From Candidatus Bathyanammoxibius amoris (GTDB lineage Bacteria > Planctomycetota > Brocadiia > Brocadiales > Bathyanammoxibiaceae): a DNA stretch of 64,000 nt. The position numbers and the translations under genes were made by a program. Below are positions 46,613 through 56,090 of the stretch, piece after piece (within the stretch, counting starts at the first letter, position 1; every line of letters begins with the position of its first letter). The notes beneath the pieces were generated by a model that saw nothing but the letters and a program-made list of their open reading frames with translations, was not told the origin of the DNA and ran no database searches. Where the stretch lies: positions 109,541-173,540 of the forward strand of contig JAMXCW010000002.1 in the NCBI GenBank assembly GCA_024451685.1, written 5' to 3'.

Positions 46613-46957
46613 ATGAAAAGTTTCTATCTGATAACCCTCATATGTATTCTAGGTTTAGGCCTGCCGGGTACGGGGTGTACCTCCAGCAAGACGGCAAAGG
46701 GTGCCGGAATAGGTATGGGGGCAGGTGCAGCCACCGGTGCGGCAATCGGCGCGGCCTTCGGTGCGCCCGGTATAGGTGCCGCCATCGGTGCAGGCGCCGG
46801 TAGTGTGGTAGGCGCTGTGACCAGCAAAATAATGCAAAAAAAAGAGAAGGACGAAGAAGAGAAAAAGGAAATAAAAAAGCAGCTTGATGACGTCGAGGCC
46901 AGAATGAAGCTTGGAACTCCCGCACAGACCGGCGAACCCGAAAAACCCCCTGAATAG
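46613..46957 (+). CDS. Glycine-zipper lipoprotein with acidic/basic C-terminal tail
   Basis: The signal peptide has a lipobox (LPGTGC). It is followed by GxxxG-type glycine-zipper repeats (GAGIGMGAGAATGAAIGAAFGAPGIGAAIGAGAG). Confidence 0.65.
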   Translation: MKSFYLITLICILGLGLPGTGCTSSKTAKGAGIGMGAGAATGAAIGAAFGAPGIGAAIGAGAGSVVGAVTSKIMQKKEKDEEEKKEIKKQLDDVEARMKLGTPAQTGEPEKPPE

Positions 46958-47036
46958 CGAGACAAAAACCCACCCCGCAAGAAAAGGCGGAACCTGGCCT
47001 GCAACTCACAAACCCTTACGTCCTGAAAACGTCTTA

Positions 47037-47711
47037 TTATTGCGGTTTTACCTTAAATATCAGGAAATAGTGCTGCCGTAAGAACGGGTGGTAACGGACC
47101 GTGTAGTAGCCCGCTTCTTCCGCAGCAATCTCCACGTCGTTCCGCGCTACCCTTTCATCCATGGGGGGGCCAAAATCCGATTCCCTATCTTTCCGCCAAT
47201 CTATGATAACCAACATGCCACCGGGCTTTAGCGAACGGCTTATACTCTTTAAAAGCGCTGCCGGGTTCTCCACCTCATGGTAGACGTTCCCCATAAACGC
47301 CAGATCCAGCGAGCCCTCAGGGAAGCCGGGGTCATCGGGTTTGCCCAGCACTACCTTAATGTTCTCTATTCCCTCTTCTTTTATCTTTTCTGCCGTATAG
47401 TCCACCATCTCCTGCTGTATGTCCTCGGCGTAGACAATGCCGTTTTCTCCAACCCAGTCAGAAAAGTACAGGGCGAAGTACCCGGCGCCGGTACCTATGT
47501 CGGCCACAACATAGCCGTGCTCTATGTCCAGAAACTCCATAATCTGTTCGGGCTTCTGCCATTCCCTGGGTTCCTCAAGTTCCTCAATCCTCTCGGGAGG
47601 GAAAATCTTGCTCTTTTTCTTTACCTCAGCCTCTTGTGCATAGGCAATGAAAGTCATGCTTAACACAACCACACAGAAACACACGACATTAACGATAGAC
47701 AGTACCTTCAT
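47037..47711 (-). CDS. Class I SAM-dependent methyltransferase with N-terminal signal peptide/anchor
   Basis: MKVLSIVNVVCFCVVVLSMTFIAYAQ is followed by motif I, VVADIGTGAGYFA. A GGAGG RBS precedes ATG 47711. Confidence 0.75.
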   Translation of the reverse strand: MKVLSIVNVVCFCVVVLSMTFIAYAQEAEVKKKSKIFPPERIEELEEPREWQKPEQIMEFLDIEHGYVVADIGTGAGYFALYFSDWVGENGIVYAEDIQQEMVDYTAEKIKEEGIENIKVVLGKPDDPGFPEGSLDLAFMGNVYHEVENPAALLKSISRSLKPGGMLVIIDWRKDRESDFGPPMDERVARNDVEIAAEEAGYYTVRYHPFLRQHYFLIFKVKPQ

Positions 47712-47886
47712 CACCATTCCTCCCCAGGCCCAAGGCCCATTTCCCATATTATCTAAGAATTATCCGGCCAAAATGGGGTCCAAACTCGACCTTTACCCCT
47801 TCATAAACTACGTAATATATCAATATTTGCCATTTTTTAAAGACAAAAATAGTGAGAAAACCATAAAAAAAGGACACCGTTTCAGA

Positions 47887-48100
47887 AAATCCATCATAAT
47901 TCACCACCTGCCAGAAACTCCGTCACATTAAGCAACAAACGGCCGTTATTCGCCTTATTCCAATTGTCATAAAGGCGGCGCCCCGGTGTGCTTGTAGTGC
48001 CGTCGTCAGCCGGTGAACTATCAGACAGGGCCGCAATCCTGCCCCCGCCCAGCCTGGAGGTGGCAAGTATTATGTTGAGTCCCGTCTGCCACGCCCTTCT
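47887..48100 (-). pseudogene. Orphan 3' fragment of a paralog of the 62214-63122 gene (left copy of a 214-bp direct repeat)
   Basis: Nucleotides 47887-48100 match 62207-62420 with only about half a dozen mismatches by eye. The encoded peptide ...LNIILATSRLGGGRIAALSDSSPADDGTTSTPGRRLYDNWNKANNGRLLLNVTEFLAGGE is the C-terminus of the 302-aa protein. Nothing upstream is homologous. Confidence 0.85.
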
Positions 48101-48294
48101 TATGCTAAAATTTAATTTGCCTCGCTCTATCCCAATTTGCATGATTTTAGACCTCTTTTACCCACCTGAAATTTGTTGTCAGTATAATTACGAATCCTAC
48201 ACTAAAATAATTTATGTACACTTATTTTGATTGAGGTTACGTCAGCAATAGCGGTAATCTTGGTCAGAGTACAATTTGTTGGGTCTAAAGGACC

Positions 48295-49590
48295 TTAAGA
48301 AGCTGCCGTTGCGCCCCTTAGGAATTTTAAAGAGAGCCCGACAACACCCGAATCCCCTACAATCTCACGATAGGTCTTGGTGCCTGAGAGGAAGTCTGTC
48401 AATACGTTTAACAGGACCCTGTCTTTAGCCGCGACCCTGAGCGCGCCGGGCATCGTACCGTATTTCTCCCCAAGTATGGTCATCTGCCTTACCGTACGGC
48501 CGTAGGGGAGGTCCTTTACTATGTGTGAAAAGGCTGTATAGTACTCTTTCAGGGCCCGGTGGGATATTCCAACCTTTAACATCACCTCTGCCGCCTTTAT
48601 CCCGGTCTCGCAGGCGGAGTTGATACCGTTGCCTTTGTAGGCCCTGACAAGCCCGGAGGTGTCTCCTACCGTGACATACCTGTCTCCAAAACTGTTTTGC
48701 GCAGGCTCCAGAGGGATGGGCAACGGCCGGGACACCAGCTTCTCATCTTCCCTGACGACATCCGCCGGAACCAGTTCCCTTACCTCCGGCAGGGAGAGGA
48801 ACCGTTCCAGGGACTCTTCAGTCACGGCAGGCCCTGCCACGTTAACGATAAGGTCGGTAAGTTTTGGGGTGACCACACCGAACTCTATGTCATCGAGGGT
48901 GGTAGGCAAGAACACATGTAAATAGTCCTCACATTCCTTTAAATACTCCGGGTCGGCGGGGATCTTGGTCACAACAGAGAACAGCGCCTTGGGAGTCACA
49001 TAGGGTGTGGCCTGTTCCAGAAGGTTGGCTGTCTCTGCGTCCAGCCCAAAGGCGCCTACCAGGACGTCTCCCTTTGTCGCTCCCTTTGCCCCCTTCAGGT
49101 CACTTTCTACTGCAATACCGTCAGGATAGAATTTTATGTCCTTTACCCTCCCCGGGATAACCCTTACACCCAGCTCCTTGGCCTTGCCCAACAGGTAGCG
49201 GTCAATGGCCACGTTGTGTCCCACAAAGGAGAGTCTTCCTCCCAGATTAAGCTTGATCTTGGCATCGCCTGAGTGGAGATAATACCCGGCTACCTTCCTC
49301 TGGATGGCCTCACAGGGAAAGGTTACTCCCAAGACCTCTTCCAGGGTCTCCTTGAGGGGCGGGGACAGAACTCCTACCCTCTTAATACAGTCTTCGTTGA
49401 ACTTCATTCCCTCATATATGATGACGTTTATGTCCCTGCCCAGCTTCTTGCCCATCATCTTCAGGGTGATGGCGCAACTTGAGCCGGCAGGGCCGCCCCC
49501 AATAATGATTGCAGTCTGACCGTCCTCCAGAGGACCCAGGGAGTGACTCACTCTTGCTACGTTTGGATGGTAGTTATCGGAAATGGACAT
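48295..49590 (-). CDS. FAD-dependent oxidoreductase (geranylgeranyl-reductase-like family)
   Basis: AIIIGGGPAGSSCA is a dinucleotide-binding motif near the N-terminus, with GD..G later in the sequence. The start is moved to ATG 49590. Confidence 0.75.
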   Translation of the reverse strand: MSISDNYHPNVARVSHSLGPLEDGQTAIIIGGGPAGSSCAITLKMMGKKLGRDINVIIYEGMKFNEDCIKRVGVLSPPLKETLEEVLGVTFPCEAIQRKVAGYYLHSGDAKIKLNLGGRLSFVGHNVAIDRYLLGKAKELGVRVIPGRVKDIKFYPDGIAVESDLKGAKGATKGDVLVGAFGLDAETANLLEQATPYVTPKALFSVVTKIPADPEYLKECEDYLHVFLPTTLDDIEFGVVTPKLTDLIVNVAGPAVTEESLERFLSLPEVRELVPADVVREDEKLVSRPLPIPLEPAQNSFGDRYVTVGDTSGLVRAYKGNGINSACETGIKAAEVMLKVGISHRALKEYYTAFSHIVKDLPYGRTVRQMTILGEKYGTMPGALRVAAKDRVLLNVLTDFLSGTKTYREIVGDSGVVGLSLKFLRGATAAS

Positions 49591-49839
49591 GTTATTGCGA
49601 TGTCCTTGCTGCAAACTCTCAGGAGGTAGGCTGTTAGCGGAATTAAATCTTAATTGTACAGAGCAAGTCATAAGCCCTGTTAGCAAGTTCGGTCATACGG
49701 GTATCATCATAGGCGCACCGCCGGCCCCTGGATAGAAACTACCACAACGCCAACCAGTAGGACGAAGAGTGTGGCCACATCTGTGGCGGAGAGTATCACA
49801 GCTTTTGTTCTGTTATTTACTAATATCACAGCACGACCC

Positions 49840-50469
49840 TTATTGGACAGGGAAGGTCATGCTTATACCTCCCTTTAGCTCTCCAAGCTTGTAGTTTTCC
49901 ATGTAACTGCCAGTTATGTCTTTCCCGTCACCTGTGGGGCTGTTCGAGGGGTCGCCGTGACACTTTAGGCATTGCTCATTCATGTAGAGGGGGTGGAAGT
50001 AGCGGTAAACTATCTCCTTTGGCCTCTCGTCTACCCTGCTGTATTCTCCAAAACCTGCGTCAGCTCGAAGTCCCTGCCCCTTGAATTTACTGATTTGGAC
50101 CTGCTCCCATTCATCAGCCAGGTTATCCGGGTTTCTGATGCCATACTCGTCTTTCCCTACATCAACGAACTTGATCCTAACTCCTGACCTTTTTGTAAAG
50201 TCCTTGCTAATGGTTATGGCGAAGTTGACGGGGTTAATGCCCTTGTAGCTGTAAGGTTCATCTTCGGGGACAGGCATGCCGAGTTTTGCATTGTGCGTGT
50301 CAATAACATCCATATTCTCGGCTATCAGAACGCTTGAAACGGTCAACATGTTTATAATATGTTTGGCTATTTTGTTGAAGTCATAAACCTGTGCAAAACA
50401 GTCTCCGACAGGAAATATTGTCAGAGTATACATTAACACTACAACTGCGATTTTCTGTAGGGATTTCAT
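49840..50469 (-). CDS. Secreted monoheme c-type protein, DUF3365 (Tll0287-like) family, paralog 1
   Basis: There is a signal peptide and a single CLKCHGDP heme motif in the context YRYFHPLYMNEQCLKCHGDPSNSPTGDGKD.TG. The ATG at 50469 overlaps the upstream stop (ATGA). Confidence 0.7.
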   Translation of the reverse strand: MKSLQKIAVVVLMYTLTIFPVGDCFAQVYDFNKIAKHIINMLTVSSVLIAENMDVIDTHNAKLGMPVPEDEPYSYKGINPVNFAITISKDFTKRSGVRIKFVDVGKDEYGIRNPDNLADEWEQVQISKFKGQGLRADAGFGEYSRVDERPKEIVYRYFHPLYMNEQCLKCHGDPSNSPTGDGKDITGSYMENYKLGELKGGISMTFPVQ

Positions 50470-51140
50470 TTCCGTTCTCCCTCCTCTTCCTTGGCCAGCC
50501 ATGTTTCATCCACAGGGAACGCAAGGCTTATGGCACCACGAAGTTCTCCCAGCTTGTAGTCTTCCATCTCAAAGCCAGTCAAGTCTTTACCGTCCCCAGT
50601 GGGGCTTGCTGCAGGGTCACCATGACATTTTAGGCAACGGTCCTCTATGTACAGGGGGTATATATAGCGGTAGACCATCTTGTTTAGCTCCGCACCGCCC
50701 ACCAGCTCTATCTCTCCGTAGCCTACCCCCTTGGGGTATCTTACCTTAGAAAATTTCTCCAGTTGCTTGTTCTCCCACTTGTCCGGTTTATTGTACATAT
50801 TCCTTGGGCCGCATTTACCCTTTCCATTCGAGACGAATTTTGTCGATATCCCAGTCATCCTGGCAAACTCTATCGCTATCAAGGTGGCAAATCCCTCGGG
50901 ATTAATCCCCTTGTAGCTAGTGAGTTCACCTTCGGGGATTGGTTCTCCAACCTTTGCGTTGTGGGTATTTATCACCTCGAAGTTATCCGCAATAAAGTCT
51001 GTCGTCGCGTTCATCATGTTTACGATGGAGCTTGACACCCTTTCGTAGTCATATACTTGAGCCCTGCCGTCTTCGGCAAAGAAAAGGCTCAGTGCCGTGA
51101 AGGCTAATACGAACTTAATTTTCCTCACTGCATCTTTCAT
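50466..51140 (-). CDS. Secreted monoheme c-type protein, DUF3365 (Tll0287-like) family, paralog 2
   Basis: The signal peptide is MKDAVRKIKFVLAFTALSLFFA. The heme context is YRYIYPLYIEDRCLKCHGDPAASPTGDGKDLTG. A GGAGG RBS precedes ATG 51140. The ORF is colinear with paralog 1. Confidence 0.7.
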   Translation of the reverse strand: MKDAVRKIKFVLAFTALSLFFAEDGRAQVYDYERVSSSIVNMMNATTDFIADNFEVINTHNAKVGEPIPEGELTSYKGINPEGFATLIAIEFARMTGISTKFVSNGKGKCGPRNMYNKPDKWENKQLEKFSKVRYPKGVGYGEIELVGGAELNKMVYRYIYPLYIEDRCLKCHGDPAASPTGDGKDLTGFEMEDYKLGELRGAISLAFPVDETWLAKEEEGERK

Positions 51141-51372
51141 GGCATGTCCTCCGTCTGCCTTAATGAGTATTTTGCTGTGTGGCTTCCAAGACCATCCCAG
51201 CCGCCTTCTCCATGCCCTCTTGTGAATGCTGTTTTGAGCCCCGATTCTCCCGGCATCTTTCTTGCAATGTGGGTCTTGATACACCCCGGTCTTACTACAA
51301 AAAGCATCTTATAAAATACTAACGGACCACAAATAAATCCGTAGACTACTACTGTTCCCGTTTCTGAAAGAA

Positions 51373-51744
51373 CTAATCTGCAGGAATCTCCAGGCTCATA
51401 GGTCCACCTTGGAGACTACCCGAACCCTCCAGCTTGGCATGCGCCTTTACCTCTCCGTTAGTAAGGATCTCTACTCTGGTGTCACGCTCCACCCTGACCT
51501 CCATCACCGTTTCTGACAAATTTACCCCGATGTTCGCAGGCTCCGTAGTTATCTCCATGCCACTCAAACGAATAAAGGGCAAAAACCAGAGCTTCATCTT
51601 AACCTCGGGCAGTTTTATCTTGATCCCGGGGAGGGTGATTGACACCTTTCCACCGGGGTTAATCTTTAGCTCCGTGGGCTGAATGTCTATTGCACTTTTC
51701 ACATCCAATAAAGTAGTAGCGTCAGTTTCGCCCCTAAGTGGCAT
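51373..51744 (-). CDS. Hypothetical 123-aa protein (beta-rich, no signal peptide)
   Basis: A clean ORF with an AAAGGAGG RBS upstream of ATG 51744. I recognise no family. Confidence 0.5.
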   Translation of the reverse strand: MPLRGETDATTLLDVKSAIDIQPTELKINPGGKVSITLPGIKIKLPEVKMKLWFLPFIRLSGMEITTEPANIGVNLSETVMEVRVERDTRVEILTNGEVKAHAKLEGSGSLQGGPMSLEIPAD

Positions 51745-52051
51745 TGGCGGACCTCCTTTAATTTGCCTTACGCAGTTAGAGTAGGACCCTTACAAAAGTC
51801 CCACACAAAAGCTATCAACTCACCTGAACTTCCCACGCCTATACCTCCGCAGAGAAAACAAAAACCCATAAAAACAGGCCTTAAACCAGACGATACCTTT
51901 GAAGCACCCGGCACATACGATAACTGGTAAATACATCTATGTAAGAAAGAGAGAGCCCAACTCATACGGAGAGTATACATCTGGGACATTCTCCATATAA
52001 GGGAGGCCGCGTCGAGAACGGGGGCTCTCTCTTCAGTCGTCGGTCAGTGAT

Positions 52052-53665
52052 CTATTTCTCCTCCAGGGCCTTGAGCCTTCTGAGCCTATTGGCCTCATCC
52101 TGGATACGAGCCAGTGAACCAATCATGTGCGACCAGCCATACCACCAGGAATAATCCTGCTGGGCATGGGCTGTACCCTTATAACCCTTGAGCTTGTACC
52201 AGAACCACATTTCCGCGTACTCCCTCTCTATGGCACTGGGAGTGCCGGGTCTGGTGATGAAGACACTATAGACCCCAAGAATGGGGCCTATTACAGGGAC
52301 ACGCCCCTCCAGATCCTTGAAGGCCTTGTAGACACCCATCCCTAACTTATCCGGGCCCAGGGCATCGGCCAGTACGTCTCCCATAGGGAAGACAGGCCTG
52401 TCTTTAGGAGCAGGGTTAAGCAGGCCCTCAGCAACGACCTGATCAAGTATCAGCTGGGCTTCGTCCTGCTTCTTGAAACACAGGAACATGTACTGATCCA
52501 TGTTTTCCAGCCACAGTCGCGCAAAGCGGCTGCTGTGACACCTGCCGCACATCTCTATCCACAGCTCCCGCTTCTGGAGATTCTCCGGGGAATATACCTC
52601 CAGTTTCGCATCCAAAGGAGGGATATTAATCCCGTAGGGGTAGTCCTTGAGGCTGGACTTATACTCTACCTCCTTCGGGGGTACGGTGCCCATGCGCCAG
52701 ATGCCCTTGCTAATGGGATTAATCGTCCATTTATTACCCCCCATATACATGTGGCAATACTGACAGGTGGGACTCTTATAGTCCTTTCCAGGGATGATGT
52801 CCCCCAGGGGCTTGTCCCAGGGCCAATGTTCACCCTCCAGCTCATAAATAGTGCCCATCTTAGAATGGCTGTAGGTCTCCCAATCGGGATGGTCAGGTCC
52901 CATGTGACAACTCATGCAGGCCTCCGGTCTCCTGCCCTCAGCGGCTGAGAAGCTGTGCCTGGTGTGGCATGTGTCACACCTGGCCATTTCCTCATGACAC
53001 ATGTCACAGCCTATCAGAGAGGCGCCTTCTCCCTGACGATATGACTCTATATACCAGGGCACCACCACGTTGGCCTCCCAGCTCTGGAGATGGCTGGGCC
53101 GACCGTACTTTCTCTCAGAGGCATACTCCTCTGCCTGCTTCAAGTGGCACTCACCACAGGCATTATCCACGGTGGGCATCTGCAGCACATCGTGGCTCTT
53201 GCCGTGGCAACCAGAACAGTCTACCTCTTTTATCTCCCGACCCAGGCGTTTTTCTATCTCCGCGGTCTTTGCGGCGAAATATTCATTCCTCTTGGGCTGG
53301 GCATGGGTGGAGGCCTTCCAGGAGTTGACTATCCCAGGTGTGATATCGGCGTGGCACTCCACACACTGATCGGGTTGAAATTTTTTCATCAACTCTGGAA
53401 ACATCTTGATGTCTGGCCGTACGTAGTGTCTTAAAGGATTCATATACATGTAGAGAGGTATGGGCTTGTAGGCATCGGCAAAGGGACCATCCCCCTTTTC
53501 CAGGTACACTGCCTCTGCGAACATTTTCTGAAGCTCTGGTGTGGGATAGGCCCAGGACTTCTTGGCTACCTTCTCCTCAGGGGCCTTTTCGTCGGCGGCT
53601 CGGGCCTGACCCGGCCCTAGTAAAATAACTGCCGTGGCCAACGCTATGATAAATGGTAATCTCAT
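52052..53665 (-). CDS. Octaheme cytochrome c, hydroxylamine oxidoreductase (HAO)-like
   Basis: The signal peptide is MRLPFIIALATAVILLGPGQARA. There are eight CxxCH motifs: CVECH, CSGCH, CGECH, CDMCH, CDTCH, CMSCH, CQYCH and CGRCH. Their spacing, including the CDMCHEEMARCDTCH doublet, is typical of the HAO family. Confidence 0.88.
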   Translation of the reverse strand: MRLPFIIALATAVILLGPGQARAADEKAPEEKVAKKSWAYPTPELQKMFAEAVYLEKGDGPFADAYKPIPLYMYMNPLRHYVRPDIKMFPELMKKFQPDQCVECHADITPGIVNSWKASTHAQPKRNEYFAAKTAEIEKRLGREIKEVDCSGCHGKSHDVLQMPTVDNACGECHLKQAEEYASERKYGRPSHLQSWEANVVVPWYIESYRQGEGASLIGCDMCHEEMARCDTCHTRHSFSAAEGRRPEACMSCHMGPDHPDWETYSHSKMGTIYELEGEHWPWDKPLGDIIPGKDYKSPTCQYCHMYMGGNKWTINPISKGIWRMGTVPPKEVEYKSSLKDYPYGINIPPLDAKLEVYSPENLQKRELWIEMCGRCHSSRFARLWLENMDQYMFLCFKKQDEAQLILDQVVAEGLLNPAPKDRPVFPMGDVLADALGPDKLGMGVYKAFKDLEGRVPVIGPILGVYSVFITRPGTPSAIEREYAEMWFWYKLKGYKGTAHAQQDYSWWYGWSHMIGSLARIQDEANRLRRLKALEEK

Positions 53666-53772
53666 AAACGCCTCCCTCCTTAACAAAGTTTCTACTACTG
53701 CTTAACCTCCCTGGGTACTGGAGGTCTTGGCCTGAAGGTTTCGTAGTCTCTTGTAACACTCTCGCTTGGGTT

Positions 53773-55290
53773 TTAAGGAATAGCTTCTCCTTCCTGCTGT
53801 GGGGACTTTTCATCCAGGGGCATGGCCTCCTGCCCCACAGCCTCCTGGGCTGGGGGGAAGGCCTCTCCTTCAACGATTACCAGTTTAGTTTCCCGGATGA
53901 TCTCGTCTTCCGAGAAAGAAGTAGCTTCTCCTTCCTGCTGTGGGGACTTTTCATCCAGGGGCATGGCCTCCTGTCCCGCAGCCTCCTGGGCCGGGGGTGG
54001 GGCCTCTCCTTCAACGATTACCAGTTTAGTTTCCCGGATAATCTCGTCTTCCGAGAAAGAAGTAGCTTCTCCTTCCTGCTGTGGGGACTTTTCATCCAGG
54101 GGCACGGCCTCCTGTCCCACCGCCTCCTGGACCGGGGAGAAGGCCTCTCCTTCAACGATTACCAATTTAGTTTCCCGGATGATCTCATCTTCCGAGAGCG
54201 GGGATGTCCCGGCAGACCCCCCAAATACAGGCACCTGCACGCTAACAGGTATTACCTCTTCCTGAGAGGTTTCTTTCTGCGGTAAGGCCTGTGTCACCGG
54301 GCCTTCGGATTGAATCTTGGCGAGGGGTTCAGCCCTCAGCTCGTGGTGTCTGGCCATATGGCATTTACCGCAGACGTCATAGCTAAAACCTAGTTTGCTG
54401 AGCCTACCAGCCTCGTCCACCTTTCCCTGACTCATAAAATAGACGTAAAGCTGTCCGGGCCCGTGACAGGCCTCACAGGTGACACCTTCCTCTACATATT
54501 CGCCGGTCTCTTCATCGTACCCGGTGGTATGGCACTCGTAGCACTTCTTTCTGTACTCCTCATCACCTTGTATAAAGTCTTTTGCTTTTTTGACCCGTTC
54601 CATGGTGACAAACTTGTTGTCCTTCCAGCGGTCGATGTGCCAGGTGGTGAGGCCCTTGTGACACCTGACGCAGGCAGTGCTGCCCACGTAGACCGCCTTC
54701 TCGCCGGTTATGCTGTAATACTTGTAATCTGAGGCTTCCTGGCCCTCCTTGGGGGAAAGTTCGGCCAATCCCTTCCACAACTCCAGCACGGCATCAGCGG
54801 TGTCTATCCTGCCAATCATTTCTTTCCTGCTGGCATATAAGTGCTCATGGGCCCCCTCCAGTCGGAGGGATTCGCCCTGGCCACCGTGGCAGACCGTACA
54901 GCCGTAAATGTCGTAAGGTAAATAATCAAACGTCTTGGGGTGCAGTTCTTCTAATTTGTCCACATCTACATGACAGGTCATACACCTGTCCACCTTCTCT
55001 CCGTTTTCCCCATCCTTCCAACGTCCGCTGCCTTTAAGGAGTAACTGTTTTACCCCCACGGGGGGGTTTTTTAGGGCCGCAATCCTCTGTTTCAGCTTTT
55101 CTGCCATGACAGGATCCCCCCATTTAGGGTCGGACCACCTCTCCAGCTCGTGCTCTAGCCTGTCCACCTGTTCGGCATAAGCGACCTTCTGATAGCCCAC
55201 CCACTCGGGGTAGACTTCCCTGACAACCCAGAGGACAAGCAGGCCCAGCAAGACCACTGATAAGACAACAAAAGGTATCCTCCACAACAT
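53773..55290 (-). CDS. Membrane-anchored hexaheme cytochrome c with repetitive acidic C-terminal extension
   Basis: There is an N-terminal TM helix and six CxxCH motifs (CMTCH, CTVCH, CVRCH, CYECH, CEACH, CGKCH). The C-terminal roughly 140 aa are three 47-aa repeats. Confidence 0.85.
   Translation of the reverse strand: MLWRIPFVVLSVVLLGLLVLWVVREVYPEWVGYQKVAYAEQVDRLEHELERWSDPKWGDPVMAEKLKQRIAALKNPPVGVKQLLLKGSGRWKDGENGEKVDRCMTCHVDVDKLEELHPKTFDYLPYDIYGCTVCHGGQGESLRLEGAHEHLYASRKEMIGRIDTADAVLELWKGLAELSPKEGQEASDYKYYSITGEKAVYVGSTACVRCHKGLTTWHIDRWKDNKFVTMERVKKAKDFIQGDEEYRKKCYECHTTGYDEETGEYVEEGVTCEACHGPGQLYVYFMSQGKVDEAGRLSKLGFSYDVCGKCHMARHHELRAEPLAKIQSEGPVTQALPQKETSQEEVIPVSVQVPVFGGSAGTSPLSEDEIIRETKLVIVEGEAFSPVQEAVGQEAVPLDEKSPQQEGEATSFSEDEIIRETKLVIVEGEAPPPAQEAAGQEAMPLDEKSPQQEGEATSFSEDEIIRETKLVIVEGEAFPPAQEAVGQEAMPLDEKSPQQEGEAIP
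53776..54195 (-). repeat. In-frame tandem repeat, 3 x 141 bp (47 aa), inside the hexaheme cytochrome gene
   Basis: The unit is SEDEIIRETKLVIVEGEA(F/P)(S/P)P(V/A)QEA(V/A)GQEA(V/M)PLDEKSPQQEGEATSF. The unit boundaries are 54195/54054/53913/53776. The DNA copies are nearly identical. Confidence 0.9.
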
Positions 55291-55301
55291 TCCACTCTAC
55301 C

Positions 55302-56078
55302 TCATATGTTAAACCAGGGGGTTACCAGTACGTATTTGACATTAAAGACGACCCTCAATAATATCTTTATGGGCACAAATAGCATGGCGGCAAATAGATT
55401 CATTGTAATGAAGTATCGTATAAGACCCAGTTTGAAGAAAAACTTAGGGAAGAGGATGGCCGGGAGTATAAGCATCAGAGCACCGTAACATACCAAAAAG
55501 GCTATGCCCGCAGGAAGGGGGAAACTGCCCAGCGCCTGCTCCATGGGTTTGATAACATCCCAGCTTTCCCCCGGCCAATAAAAGTTCCAGAATGGGCCCC
55601 GGAAATACTGACCCACTATCACCAAGACAAACCACATAGTAAAGCCCCCAATGAAACAGGCCGAGGCAAACTTTCTCGTCCTCACGTTATAGCGGCCCAC
55701 CCCCTTTATGGGGTCAGGGTCGATGTAGGGTATGAGAGCCAGGCCAACAAGGATGACAGTAGGCAGTACCACTCCTGCCATCCAGGGGTCAAAATACACC
55801 AGCAGTTCCTGCAGGCCCACGAAATACCAGGGTGCCTTGGCCAACTTGGGGGTCTCATTAGGATTGGCCAGCTCCTCCAGAGGGGCATTTTGTAGCAGGC
55901 TCCAGGCCACGACCACTATGGAGGCCGCCAGCACGGCTATGAGTTCCCTCTTTACCAGGTGGGGCCAGGTGTCTACCTTTTCTTCTTTCGGATAGACATC
56001 ACGCTGCCTGAGCAGGAGGTCCTCTCTTACCACGGTGATGAGTCTAATCTTTTCTTTGTTTTCTGTTTTCTCTACCAT
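55302..56078 (-). CDS. Cytochrome b C-terminal half (subunit IV / PetD-like) with extra C-terminal TM helices
   Basis: The Qo-loop region ETPKLAKAPWYFVGLQELL aligns to the PEWYF region of subunit IV. There are about six or seven predicted TM helices. Confidence 0.85.
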   Translation of the reverse strand: MVEKTENKEKIRLITVVREDLLLRQRDVYPKEEKVDTWPHLVKRELIAVLAASIVVVAWSLLQNAPLEELANPNETPKLAKAPWYFVGLQELLVYFDPWMAGVVLPTVILVGLALIPYIDPDPIKGVGRYNVRTRKFASACFIGGFTMWFVLVIVGQYFRGPFWNFYWPGESWDVIKPMEQALGSFPLPAGIAFLVCYGALMLILPAILFPKFFFKLGLIRYFITMNLFAAMLFVPIKILLRVVFNVKYVLVTPWFNI

Positions 56079-56090
56079 TTGTCTAATACA

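Noticed and set aside
46624-47009. Three overlapping minus-strand ORFs (126, 123 and 60 aa) opposite the glycine-zipper lipoprotein gene.
   Set aside because: They are an artefact of GGN/GCN-rich codons read on the opposite strand. The plus-strand ORF has a signal peptide, a lipobox and a coherent glycine-zipper motif.
53776-54195. A regular 141-bp repeat array that could superficially be taken for a CRISPR or satellite.
   Set aside because: There are no unique spacers. The repeats are contiguous, in frame, and lie inside a long ORF continuous with six CxxCH motifs. This is a coding tandem repeat. I saw no CRISPR array anywhere in the window.
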